DNA of 64,000 nucleotides, taken from contig JAMOBD010000007.1 in assembly GCA_039908345.1 (NCBI GenBank), positions 14,743 to 78,742 of the forward strand. Reading direction: 5' to 3'. Shown in pieces: positions 37,401-46,468 of the stretch. Origin of the DNA: Magnetospirillum sp. WYHS-4 (GTDB lineage Bacteria > Pseudomonadota > Alphaproteobacteria > Rhodospirillales > GLO-3). The stretch's first letter is position 1. The number at the start of each line of letters is the position of its first letter. The notes beneath the pieces were generated by a model. That model saw only the letters and a program-made list of their open reading frames with translations, had not been told where the DNA came from and searched no databases. The position numbers and the translations under genes are program-made.

Positions 37401-38981
37401 CTAGAACCGCAGCGCCTTGACCCGTACCACGTGCGGCAGGGAGCGGATCTTTTCCACCACGCCCCCGGTCGGGGCTTGGTCCACGGAGACCAGGGCGATG
37501 GCATTGCCGCCGGCCTGGTTGCGGCCCAGGTGGAAGGTGGCGATGTTGATGCCGGCGTCGCCCAGGATGGTACCCAGGGCCCCGATGAAGCCCGGCTTGT
37601 CCAGGTTGTGGATGAACAGCACGTTGCTGCCCAGTTCGGCGTCCATGGCGATGCCATCCATTTCGACCAGGCGCGGACGCCCGGCCGCCCCGAACAGGGT
37701 CCCGGCGACCGTGGTGGTCCCCTTGGCGGTCTCCACCTTCAAGGTGATGAGCGACTGGTAGGCCTCGCAGCTCTCGCGCTTGGAGGCGGTCACCTTGATG
37801 TTGCGCTCCTTGGCGAAGGCCGGCGCGCTCACCATGTTGACCGATTCGAGCTGCGGCGCCAGCAGGCCGGTCAGCACCAGGGAGGTCAGAGGGTTGGTGT
37901 TCAATTCCGCCACGTGGCCTTCGTATTCGACGGTCAGGCCGGTGATCGGGTCTTCCGCCAATTGGCCGGCAAACGAGCCCATCTGCTCGCAGAGCTTCAT
38001 GTAGGGCTTGAGCAGCGGGGCATCCTTGGCACTGACGGACGGCATGTTGACCGCGTTGGTCACCGCGCCGGTCAGAAGGTAGTCGGCCATCTGCTCGGCG
38101 ACCTGCAAGGCCACCTTTTCCTGCGCTTCCGTGGTGGAGGCGCCCAGGTGCGGGGTGCAGACCACCTTGTCCATGCCGAACAGGTTGTTCTGCTTGGCCG
38201 GCTCGACCTCGAACACGTCCAGCGCCGCGCCCGCCACATGGCCGGACTCGATGGCCGCCTTGAGATCGGCTTCGACCACCAGGCCGCCGCGGGCGCAGTT
38301 GATGATGCGCACGCCCTTCTTCATCTTCGCCATGGATTCGGCGTTGATGATGTTGCGGGTGGAATCGGTCAGCGGCGTGTGCAAGGTGATGAAGTCGGCC
38401 CGCTTGAACAGGTCTTCCAGTTCCACCTTCTCGATGCCCAGCGCCTCGGCCCGCTCCGGCGACAGGAACGGGTCGTAGCCCAGCACGCGCATCTTCAGGC
38501 CCTGGGCCCGCTCGGCCACCGCGGCGCCGATGTTGCCGCAGCCGATGACGCCCAGGGTCTTGTCCATCAGTTCCACGCCCATGAAGCGGGATTTCTCCCA
38601 CTTACCGGCATGAGTCGAGGCGTTGGCCGCGTGGATGTCGCGGGCCGTCGCCATCATCATGGCGATGGTATGTTCGGCGGTGGTGATGGAATTGCCGAAC
38701 GGCGTGTTCATCACCACGATGCCCTTGGCGGTGGCGGCCGGAATATCGACGTTGTCGACACCTATGCCGGCACGGCCGACCACTTTCAAGCGGGGAGCGG
38801 CGGCGATGATGTCCGCTTTCACCTTGGTCTCGGAGCGGATGGCCAGGCCGTCGTATTGGCCGATGCAGGCCTTCAACTCATCCGGGGTCATGCCCGGCTT
38901 CACGTCCACTTCGATGCCGCGCGACCGGAAGATATCGGCGGCCTGGGGGCTCATCTTGTCGGAAATCAGAACCTTCGGCAT
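37401..38981 (-). CDS. serA: D-3-phosphoglycerate dehydrogenase (long form with ASB and ACT domains)
   Basis: 526 aa. NAD motif GVIGCGNIGAAVA, catalytic-region CTPHLGASTTEAQ, and a C-terminal ACT-like domain. Confidence 0.95.
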   Translation of the reverse strand: MPKVLISDKMSPQAADIFRSRGIEVDVKPGMTPDELKACIGQYDGLAIRSETKVKADIIAAAPRLKVVGRAGIGVDNVDIPAATAKGIVVMNTPFGNSITTAEHTIAMMMATARDIHAANASTHAGKWEKSRFMGVELMDKTLGVIGCGNIGAAVAERAQGLKMRVLGYDPFLSPERAEALGIEKVELEDLFKRADFITLHTPLTDSTRNIINAESMAKMKKGVRIINCARGGLVVEADLKAAIESGHVAGAALDVFEVEPAKQNNLFGMDKVVCTPHLGASTTEAQEKVALQVAEQMADYLLTGAVTNAVNMPSVSAKDAPLLKPYMKLCEQMGSFAGQLAEDPITGLTVEYEGHVAELNTNPLTSLVLTGLLAPQLESVNMVSAPAFAKERNIKVTASKRESCEAYQSLITLKVETAKGTTTVAGTLFGAAGRPRLVEMDGIAMDAELGSNVLFIHNLDKPGFIGALGTILGDAGINIATFHLGRNQAGGNAIALVSVDQAPTGGVVEKIRSLPHVVRVKALRF

Positions 38982-38985
38982 GGTG

Positions 38986-40155
<1,170 letters not shown>

Positions 40156-40315
40156 GATGTACTCCCATCCTTACAGATGGGTCGCGGTCCGTTGGGGGAC
40201 CGTGGCCCGCCGACGCTTATAGGGAACCGATTTCACGTCGTCAACGAGGATTTTTTGCGGTGCGAAAAAACGGGAGACTCACGCTTTCCAAGTCTGTATT
40301 CCGCCCCGCATCGGG

Positions 40316-41542
40316 CTACCGCCCCAGCCCCAGAAGCTGGCCGGCCGCCTCGCGGGCGAAGGGCAGGTTATGGGTAAGCAATAGACCAAGCGAAACGAAG
40401 GTCACCGTGGTGGCGACGGACAAGGCCCGGAAGGCGGAACTCGCGGACAGACGGTCGGACAGTTCCGGCGGCACCGCCCGCCGCCCCACCACCAGCGCCG
40501 ACATGCCGGCACCGTGGTAGAGCCCATAGAGCAGCCAGTTGAGCCCGTCGCCGTGCCAAGCCCCCATGAAGAAGAAGGTGACGAAGATGGCCGCCAAGTT
40601 GGCTCCCACGTCCGACAGCCAGCGAGCCTTCAGCCGGAACCAGCGCAGCAGGACGAAGTAGATGTAGTCCCGGCACCATTGGGCGAAGGTGATGTGCCAA
40701 CGGTTCCAGAAGTCCTGCAGATTGCGCGACAGGAAGGGAAAGTTGAAGTTCTCCGGCAGACGAATGCCGAACAGGCGGGCCACGGCGATGGCCACGTCCG
40801 AATAGCCCGAGAAGTCGAAATAGATGTAGGCGAACTGGCAATAGAGCCCGGCCAGGATCGCCGCCGGTCCCATGCCCTCGGTCGATCCCACCCCGATCAG
40901 GGAATTGGCGCGGAAGACCTCGGCCAGCAGCAGCACCTTGACGACGCCCCCGGCCAGGCGCAACGCGATGTCCCGGTAATCGTCGGCTCCGAGGACGGGA
41001 AGCGGGCCGCCCAAGTCGCGGACGAAGTCCTGGAACCGGTTGATCGGCCCCGCCAGGTAGGCGGGGAAGAACAGCAGGAAGGCGGCCGCCGCGAGCGGGC
41101 TCGGCGCCTCCCGTCCTCGTTTAGCCTGCACCGTCAGGTCGATGGCGCGAAAGGTCATGTAAGACAGGCCCAGCCATTCGAAGCCCGATAGGCCCGGCAG
41201 GGCAGCCATCCCGCCCAGCAGCAGCGAGGAATAATAGCGGTACTTGACCAGCAGGAGCACGAACACCGCCAACAGGATCGCACCGGAGACGGCGAGGGCG
41301 TCCGCCTTGAGACGGGGAACGCGCCCGATGGCCGCGGCGGCCCCGGCGGCCACGGCCGCATAGGCGGCGGTGGCCAGCAGGAAGGCCGGGTGGGCCTCCA
41401 ACTGGCCGAGGAACAGAAGGCTCGAACCGATCAGCAACGCGGGCCGGACGGCCGCCGGCAGGCGTGGCACGGCGAGGCGGAAGAGTGTCGCCGCCGCCAG
41501 AACCTCGGCGAAGAAGACCAGGCTGGTGGCGAAGTTGGTCAT
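40316..41542 (-). CDS. MBOAT-family membrane O-acyltransferase (DltB/AlgI-like)
   Basis: This is the C-terminal 408 aa of the 734-aa track ORF. The ATG at 41542 overlaps the upstream stop (ATGA). Conserved His blocks are FWNRWHITFAQWCRDYIY and FFMGAWHG. Confidence 0.88.
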   Translation of the reverse strand: MTNFATSLVFFAEVLAAATLFRLAVPRLPAAVRPALLIGSSLLFLGQLEAHPAFLLATAAYAAVAAGAAAAIGRVPRLKADALAVSGAILLAVFVLLLVKYRYYSSLLLGGMAALPGLSGFEWLGLSYMTFRAIDLTVQAKRGREAPSPLAAAAFLLFFPAYLAGPINRFQDFVRDLGGPLPVLGADDYRDIALRLAGGVVKVLLLAEVFRANSLIGVGSTEGMGPAAILAGLYCQFAYIYFDFSGYSDVAIAVARLFGIRLPENFNFPFLSRNLQDFWNRWHITFAQWCRDYIYFVLLRWFRLKARWLSDVGANLAAIFVTFFFMGAWHGDGLNWLLYGLYHGAGMSALVVGRRAVPPELSDRLSASSAFRALSVATTVTFVSLGLLLTHNLPFAREAAGQLLGLGR

Positions 41543-43143
41543 TCCTGCTCGATCCGGTCGCGCAGTTTGCGGCGGTCCACCTTGCCGTTGTCGTTGCGCG
41601 GGAAGTCGGCCAGGAAGCCGAAGCGGGCCGGAATCATGTAGGCCGGCAGCTGGTGGCCCAGAAAGGCCTGCAACGCCTCGGCCGCCACGCCCTCGTGACC
41701 ATGTTCGGGCACCACGCCGGCCAGCAGTTCCGTGCCCGACGACCCCAGGACCACGACGGCGTCGTGGACCTCGGGGGCGGAACGCAGCACCGCCTCGATC
41801 TCGCCCAGTTCCACCCGGTAGCCACGCACCTTCACCTGGCTGTCGCCACGCCCGACCCAGGTCAGGATGCCCGCCGCATCGACCGTCGCCAAGTCGCCGG
41901 TGTCGTACATCACGGTCCCCAGATCGCGCTTGAAGGGATTGGGCCGGAAGGCCCGCGCCGTGATATCCGGAGCCCGCCAATAGCCGTGAGCGAGTTGGCT
42001 GCCGGCGATCATCAACCGGCCCACCTCGCCGGGGGCCGCCAATTCGTCGGTATCGGCCCGCAGGACGAACAGTTCGCAATCGGTACTCGCCCGGCCGATG
42101 GGAACGGGCCGGCCGGCCTCGACCGGACCGTCGGCGTCGACCAGGAAGGCGGTGCAGAAGATCGCAGCCTCGGTAGGCCCATAGGTGTTCCAGATGGGCA
42201 CGCCGGGTTGCAGGCGCCGCCATTCCAACGCCCATTCGGCGGGCAGGGCCTCGCCGATGAACAGGGCGACCCGCAGATCGGGAAAGGGGCCGGCGGCCAA
42301 CTGGCGCGACTTTATCATCATGCCGATGGTGCCGGGAACGGAGCACCAGACAGAAATCCTCTGGCTGCGGATGAAGTCGCCCGGGAAGGTCAGATCCTTG
42401 CCCCCCAGGATCGGGCAGACGGTTCCGCCGGCCAGGAAGCCGGCGAAGATGTCGAACATGGCAACGTCGAAGGTCAGGCGCGAATGGTTGGCGAAGCGGT
42501 CGCCGGGCGCCAGCCGCCACAGATCGACGCTCCAGCGCAGCACCGACATTACCGCCCGGTGCGACAGCATGACGCCTTTCGGCCTGCCGGTGGTTCCCGA
42601 GGTGAAGAGGATATAGGCGAGGTCCTCCTCTCGGTTTTGCGGCACCAGGCGGGCGTGGGGGGCGGCTTCCAGGTCGTCGGCCCCGAACAGGTGCGAAGCC
42701 GGGATGGCCGGCCCCGCGTCCGGACGTCCGGCGACATCGAGGACCACCACCATGGGCGAGGCCTCGACCGCCGCATGGCCCAGCACGTCGGCGAGCAGCG
42801 GCAGGTGCTCGCCAAGGGTGACCACCGCCACCGGCCCTGCCTGCCCCACGATATCGGCCAAGCGGAAGGCCGGAAAGGCGGGACTGAGGGGCACGAAGCA
42901 GGCATCCGCCGCCAGGGTTCCCAGCAGCCCGGCATAGGCCTGGGCGCCGTTGTCCATCAGGACGGCGACCCGGTCGTTGCGCCCTACCCCCAGTTCGCGC
43001 AGCAAAGCCCCCAGGCGGCGCATGCGGTCGCGCAGTTCGCGGTAGCTCCAGACGGAACCGTACTCGTCCACCGCCGGGGCGTCCGGCGTCGCAGCCGCCC
43101 AGGCCTCGACCGCCTCGTGCAGGAGAGACGGGCGGACCATCAC
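41539..43143 (-). CDS. stand-alone adenylation enzyme (DltA-like amino acid--carrier protein ligase)
   Basis: 534 aa. LAYILFTSGTTGRPKGV (A3), NTYGPTEA (A5), YDTGDL (A7), GRGDSQVKVRGYRVELGEIE (A8) and NDNGKVDRRKL (A10). There is no condensation or thioesterase domain. Confidence 0.88.
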   Translation of the reverse strand: MMVRPSLLHEAVEAWAAATPDAPAVDEYGSVWSYRELRDRMRRLGALLRELGVGRNDRVAVLMDNGAQAYAGLLGTLAADACFVPLSPAFPAFRLADIVGQAGPVAVVTLGEHLPLLADVLGHAAVEASPMVVVLDVAGRPDAGPAIPASHLFGADDLEAAPHARLVPQNREEDLAYILFTSGTTGRPKGVMLSHRAVMSVLRWSVDLWRLAPGDRFANHSRLTFDVAMFDIFAGFLAGGTVCPILGGKDLTFPGDFIRSQRISVWCSVPGTIGMMIKSRQLAAGPFPDLRVALFIGEALPAEWALEWRRLQPGVPIWNTYGPTEAAIFCTAFLVDADGPVEAGRPVPIGRASTDCELFVLRADTDELAAPGEVGRLMIAGSQLAHGYWRAPDITARAFRPNPFKRDLGTVMYDTGDLATVDAAGILTWVGRGDSQVKVRGYRVELGEIEAVLRSAPEVHDAVVVLGSSGTELLAGVVPEHGHEGVAAEALQAFLGHQLPAYMIPARFGFLADFPRNDNGKVDRRKLRDRIEQE

Positions 43144-43370
43144 GCCACGCCCTCCCGAAGGAAGCCCAGCAAGGCCGGGACGTCGGTCAACTGGCCGAAC
43201 ATGTCGGGCGGCACCTGGACGCCGAAGCGCAGTTCGAGCGCCAGGATCAGATCGACCTGGGCCATGGAATCCCAGCCGGGCGTCTTGCCCATGGCCGCAT
43301 CGACACCGATCTCCTTGCGCCGCAACTGTTGGCCTAGAAAGGCCAGCAGGTCGGATTCGCTGATCGCCAT
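43140..43370 (-). CDS. acyl/peptidyl carrier protein (DltC-like)
   Basis: Track ORF 43140..43421. Met at 43370 (MAISESDLLAFL) is preceded by GGGGAGGG. The phosphopantetheine site is GWDSMAQVDL. The stop overlaps the adenylase start. Confidence 0.85.
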   Translation of the reverse strand: MAISESDLLAFLGQQLRRKEIGVDAAMGKTPGWDSMAQVDLILALELRFGVQVPPDMFGQLTDVPALLGFLREGVA

Positions 43371-43386
43371 CGGTATTCCCTCCCCT

Positions 43387-43533
43387 TTAGAACCGCGAAT
43401 AATAGGATGCCGTGCCACCACCCGCCGTCTTGTCGCGACGGTGCTCGGCCGTCAGCAGGAACAGCGCCACCGCCACCCCGAGACCGGTCAGGAAATGAAG
43501 CAGCCGCGGACGGTGGCCGAGCCAGGCTTTCAT
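43387..43533 (-). CDS. 48-aa single-pass membrane micro-protein, DltX-like candidate acyl shuttle
   Basis: Hidden in the tail of a 525-aa out-of-frame track ORF. MKAWLGHRPRLLHFLTGLGVAVALFLLTAEHRRDKTAGGGTASYYSRF. The ATG overlaps the upstream stop (ATGA), and the TAA lies 16 nt before the carrier protein gene. The C-terminal Tyr-x-x-Phe-COOH resembles my recollection of the DltX motif. Confidence 0.5.
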   Translation of the reverse strand: MKAWLGHRPRLLHFLTGLGVAVALFLLTAEHRRDKTAGGGTASYYSRF

Positions 43534-44816
43534 GGCGTTCTCCCCGTCGCCGGCAGGGATAGCCGCCATTCCGCCTGGCTGATGAGTTGTTCCCGCACCG
43601 CCTCCGATTCCGCCTCGGACAACATCGCCACCGGCATGGGCAGGGAGGGCAGGGCCGCCTCCCAGCGAGCCGGCGGCAGAAAGCGCGATGCAGGCCCCGC
43701 CACAATACGCCGCTCCGCCAAGTCGGCCAGCAGAATCCGGGCTTGCTTCAGCTTGCCGCCGAAGTTGAACAGATAGCCGCTGGCGAAGTGCTTCTCCGCA
43801 TCGTAGACCTGATCGCAGGCCGACAAACCGTGGCCCATCGCATGGTCGACGACAGCCGCGTTGGGGAAGGCGGCCAGCACCGCCTTGATGCGCTCGACGA
43901 ACCGGGGCCGAAACTCGGCCGCGTAGCGCGCCTCGGAGAGGTTGAGGTGAGGCGGCACGTAATAGACGAAGCGTACCCCGTGTTCCGCCGCCAAGCCGGC
44001 CGCGAGGCGCAGCCACGCCTGCCAAGTGGCCTCGCCGCCGGCGCCGATCCAGTACTGCCCGGCGGGCATCGGGGTTCGATTGCGGGCCTGGCAGGCGGCG
44101 GGATTGTCGTAGTTGGCCCGGACCTGTTCGAACAGCGTCCGCGCTTCGTGGTGCGCCCGCTGCATCGGCCAGACGGTGAAGGCGACGCTGTCGCGCAGGC
44201 CCTGCCAACGGCGGGCCACCCCGTCTGCCCAGGCGGACAGGCGGTCCGTGGCCGACGGCACCACCGCCTGGGCATGGCCCTGGGACGCGAGAAGCGCCGC
44301 GCGGAAGGTCTTCGCCTCCTCGGCCAGCCGCGGATATTCGGCCTCGATAGCCGCCAATACCGGCAGGGCCGCCAGGGTATCGGACGGACGGGTGAAGGTT
44401 TGCAGGGAGCCGGGATTGTTGATGTAGATCAGGCTGCGCACGTCGCCCTGGCGGACCGCCTGGTAGACCGAGATCAGATGGCGTTCGAAGTCCACGTCGG
44501 GCCGGCCGAAACCGTAGAAGCGCTCCTCTCCCCCACCCTTCTCGTCCAGGATGGCGTTCAGGGCGGCATGCAGGGTGGCCTTCTGGCTGTTGCGGGTCTC
44601 GTGACGGCCGGAAACCATGTAGGCTTCCGTGGTCCAGGTCCAGCAGCCGGTGCCGACGATCAGGTGCTTGGGCTGGGAACGAAAGTTCCAGGGATAGGTA
44701 TCGAGGTAATAGTTGTCCCAGCCGTCCCGTTCGATACGCCAAGGGGGCGCCCAAGCCAGCAGGACGACCAGAGGCAAGGCCATACCCAGAAGAAAGGAGG
44801 CCCAGCGCGCCCTCAT
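43530..44816 (-). CDS. N-terminally anchored extracytoplasmic protein in the DltD position (possible SGNH/AlgX-like transferase)
   Basis: This is the C-terminal 428 aa of the 809-aa track ORF. The ATG overlaps the upstream stop (ATGA). It has a signal-anchor (ASFLLGMALPLVVLLAWA) and a D-x-x-H-like block (YDAEKHF) near the C-terminus. I could not identify a clear block-I Ser, so the function is inferred mainly from context. Confidence 0.6.
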   Translation of the reverse strand: MRARWASFLLGMALPLVVLLAWAPPWRIERDGWDNYYLDTYPWNFRSQPKHLIVGTGCWTWTTEAYMVSGRHETRNSQKATLHAALNAILDEKGGGEERFYGFGRPDVDFERHLISVYQAVRQGDVRSLIYINNPGSLQTFTRPSDTLAALPVLAAIEAEYPRLAEEAKTFRAALLASQGHAQAVVPSATDRLSAWADGVARRWQGLRDSVAFTVWPMQRAHHEARTLFEQVRANYDNPAACQARNRTPMPAGQYWIGAGGEATWQAWLRLAAGLAAEHGVRFVYYVPPHLNLSEARYAAEFRPRFVERIKAVLAAFPNAAVVDHAMGHGLSACDQVYDAEKHFASGYLFNFGGKLKQARILLADLAERRIVAGPASRFLPPARWEAALPSLPMPVAMLSEAESEAVREQLISQAEWRLSLPATGRTP

Positions 44817-45571
44817 CCGAGGTAGTCGCCGTGCCGGGCCACCAGGGCCCCATGGACATGCCGCAAATGGGCCGCCACCTTGTCTCGGTCGACCAGACGC
44901 CGTCCCAGGTAGGCCAGTTCCCAGGCCTGCCAGAAAGCTTGGCCCGAGAGATTTCCGAAACCATCCCATGCCAGCAGCTTTTCCCGGTAGGAGTCCCAGA
45001 AGGCCTTGATGCCCTGGGTATGGAGGACGATCAACGGATGGCGTAGCGCCTGGGCCAGGGCGTCGTCGCCGGCCAGGGCTTCGCGGATCAGCGTCGGCCC
45101 CGGCGCGTCGTTCAGTGGACAGAGCGACAGGCCCTCCTTCAACTCGAAGGTCGCGTCCAGGATGGCGGCCGGGACGACCTCCTCGATGGCGCCGTCGACG
45201 CCGATCACCGGCACGAACGGATAGGTGCGGCACAACAGGGGCTTGGTGAACAGCTCGTTGCAACGCCCGAGATGGCGGCAGGGAACGTGGCGGAGCATGA
45301 TCGGCCTCGGCCCGCCGAAGTCGAAGATCATGGGCTGGATCTCCTTGCCCTCGTCCTCGCCGCAGATCCTGTGGCCGTTGGCCTTCAGCCAGGCGTATTC
45401 GTCGTCCAGATAAACCACGATGGTCCCCTGCCCGCCGTTGGGCAGCAGGCGGAAGCGGAAATCCGGATGACTGTTGGAACAGCAGAATCCGCCGCAGCCT
45501 TTCCAGCAGTCCGGCACCGAAATGAGTGGGCGGCTGTGGATGGTATGCCAATCCACCGGTTCGAAAGACAT
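44813..45571 (-). CDS. cysteine-cluster protein (YkgJ/CxxCxxCC-like?)
   Basis: 252 aa. CWKGCGGFCC near the N-terminus, plus further conserved-looking Cys (HVPCRHLGRC, LLCRTYPF). First gene of the overlapping gene chain. Confidence 0.6.
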   Translation of the reverse strand: MSFEPVDWHTIHSRPLISVPDCWKGCGGFCCSNSHPDFRFRLLPNGGQGTIVVYLDDEYAWLKANGHRICGEDEGKEIQPMIFDFGGPRPIMLRHVPCRHLGRCNELFTKPLLCRTYPFVPVIGVDGAIEEVVPAAILDATFELKEGLSLCPLNDAPGPTLIREALAGDDALAQALRHPLIVLHTQGIKAFWDSYREKLLAWDGFGNLSGQAFWQAWELAYLGRRLVDRDKVAAHLRHVHGALVARHGDYLG

Positions 45572-45643
45572 GCGACGGGGGACTCCGGAAGGCGAGAGAG
45601 GATCTTACTCTAGCAAGCTGTGGCGCGGAAAGCCAACGAAGGC

Positions 45644-46393
45644 CTAAAGAAGATGCCAGAACCTTTCCGCGCCTCCGTCCGGCCGCAAGCGGCGGCCGCA
45701 TTTCAGGGTGAGTGCGCTGACGCTCCCGTCGCCGTCCTGGGACCGGTAGCAGTCCATGCCCCTTTGCTTGACGGTCTCCATGTCCGGGTAGGCGACTTCC
45801 ACCGCCTCCGCCCGCAACCGGTAACGCGCGGCCACTTCGGCGACGAAGCGGGGGATATCCTCCGGAGCGTAGTCGATGGCATAGGGAAGGTCCTCCCACA
45901 GGTAGACCGCCTCGGCGATGCCGGGCCCCAGCCCCAGTCCGCCGTCGCGAACCGCCCAATGGTCGGCGTGGCGCCCCAGGCCCACCGGAAGCAGCAGGGC
46001 AGTGCCCGCCTCGCCCGCCAATTCCTTCAGGTGTCCGGCCACCGCTTGTGCCAGGACGGCATCCTCGGGCCCGCCGCGGGCAGGGTCGAAGACCGCTTCC
46101 AGGGTGCCGCGGCGCACGATGGCGTCAAGATAGTCGAAATAGTGCAGCCCACAGGCAGGCCCCAGCAGGGCCGCATAGGACTCCTCCTCCCGCCGCCGCA
46201 GGGCCGTGGGTCCGTCCAGGTCGCCGTTCCGTTGGCCGTCGACGTAGAAGGTGCGGGTGCAGAAGGTGGCGATGGCGATCGCCCGTCCTCGCCGAACGGC
46301 TTCCCCCAGCATCCCGCCGCAAGCGAAGGCCGCGTCGTCGGGATGGGGGGCCGCGACCAGGAAGCGTCGATGCCGGAAGATGCTTTCGTCCAT
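45644..46393 (-). CDS. PIG-L/LmbE-family N-acetylglucosaminyl deacetylase
   Basis: LVAAPHPDDAAFACGG (PHPDD metal motif) and GRHADHWAV (H-x-D-H). It lies 72 nt upstream of the Cys-cluster gene on the same strand. Confidence 0.85.
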   Translation of the reverse strand: MDESIFRHRRFLVAAPHPDDAAFACGGMLGEAVRRGRAIAIATFCTRTFYVDGQRNGDLDGPTALRRREEESYAALLGPACGLHYFDYLDAIVRRGTLEAVFDPARGGPEDAVLAQAVAGHLKELAGEAGTALLLPVGLGRHADHWAVRDGGLGLGPGIAEAVYLWEDLPYAIDYAPEDIPRFVAEVAARYRLRAEAVEVAYPDMETVKQRGMDCYRSQDGDGSVSALTLKCGRRLRPDGGAERFWHLL

Positions 46394-46408
46394 GGTCGTT
46401 CCTCGGGC

Positions 46409-46445
46409 AAAAAGAAAAGGCCCCGGAAGCGGGTGCTTCCGGGGC
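46409..46445 (-). terminator. rho-independent terminator of hppA
   Basis: On the minus strand: GCCCCGGAAGC-ACCC-GCTTCCGGGGC followed by CTTTTCTTTTTG. It lies 24 nt after the hppA stop. Confidence 0.75.
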
Positions 46446-46468
46446 GCAATTCCAGACCTTCGATCGGG

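Noticed and set aside
41543-42520. N-terminal 326 aa of the 734-aa minus ORF that ends as the MBOAT gene
   Set aside because: It is out of frame over the DltA-like adenylase, which has full A-core motifs. The MBOAT homology begins at Met 41542.
44817-45959. N-terminal part of the 809-aa minus ORF, and the 525-aa ORF 43387..44964
   Set aside because: Both are alternative frames over the Cys-cluster gene and the anchored protein. Only their last 428 aa and last 48 aa, respectively, look like genes, each starting with an ATGA overlap.
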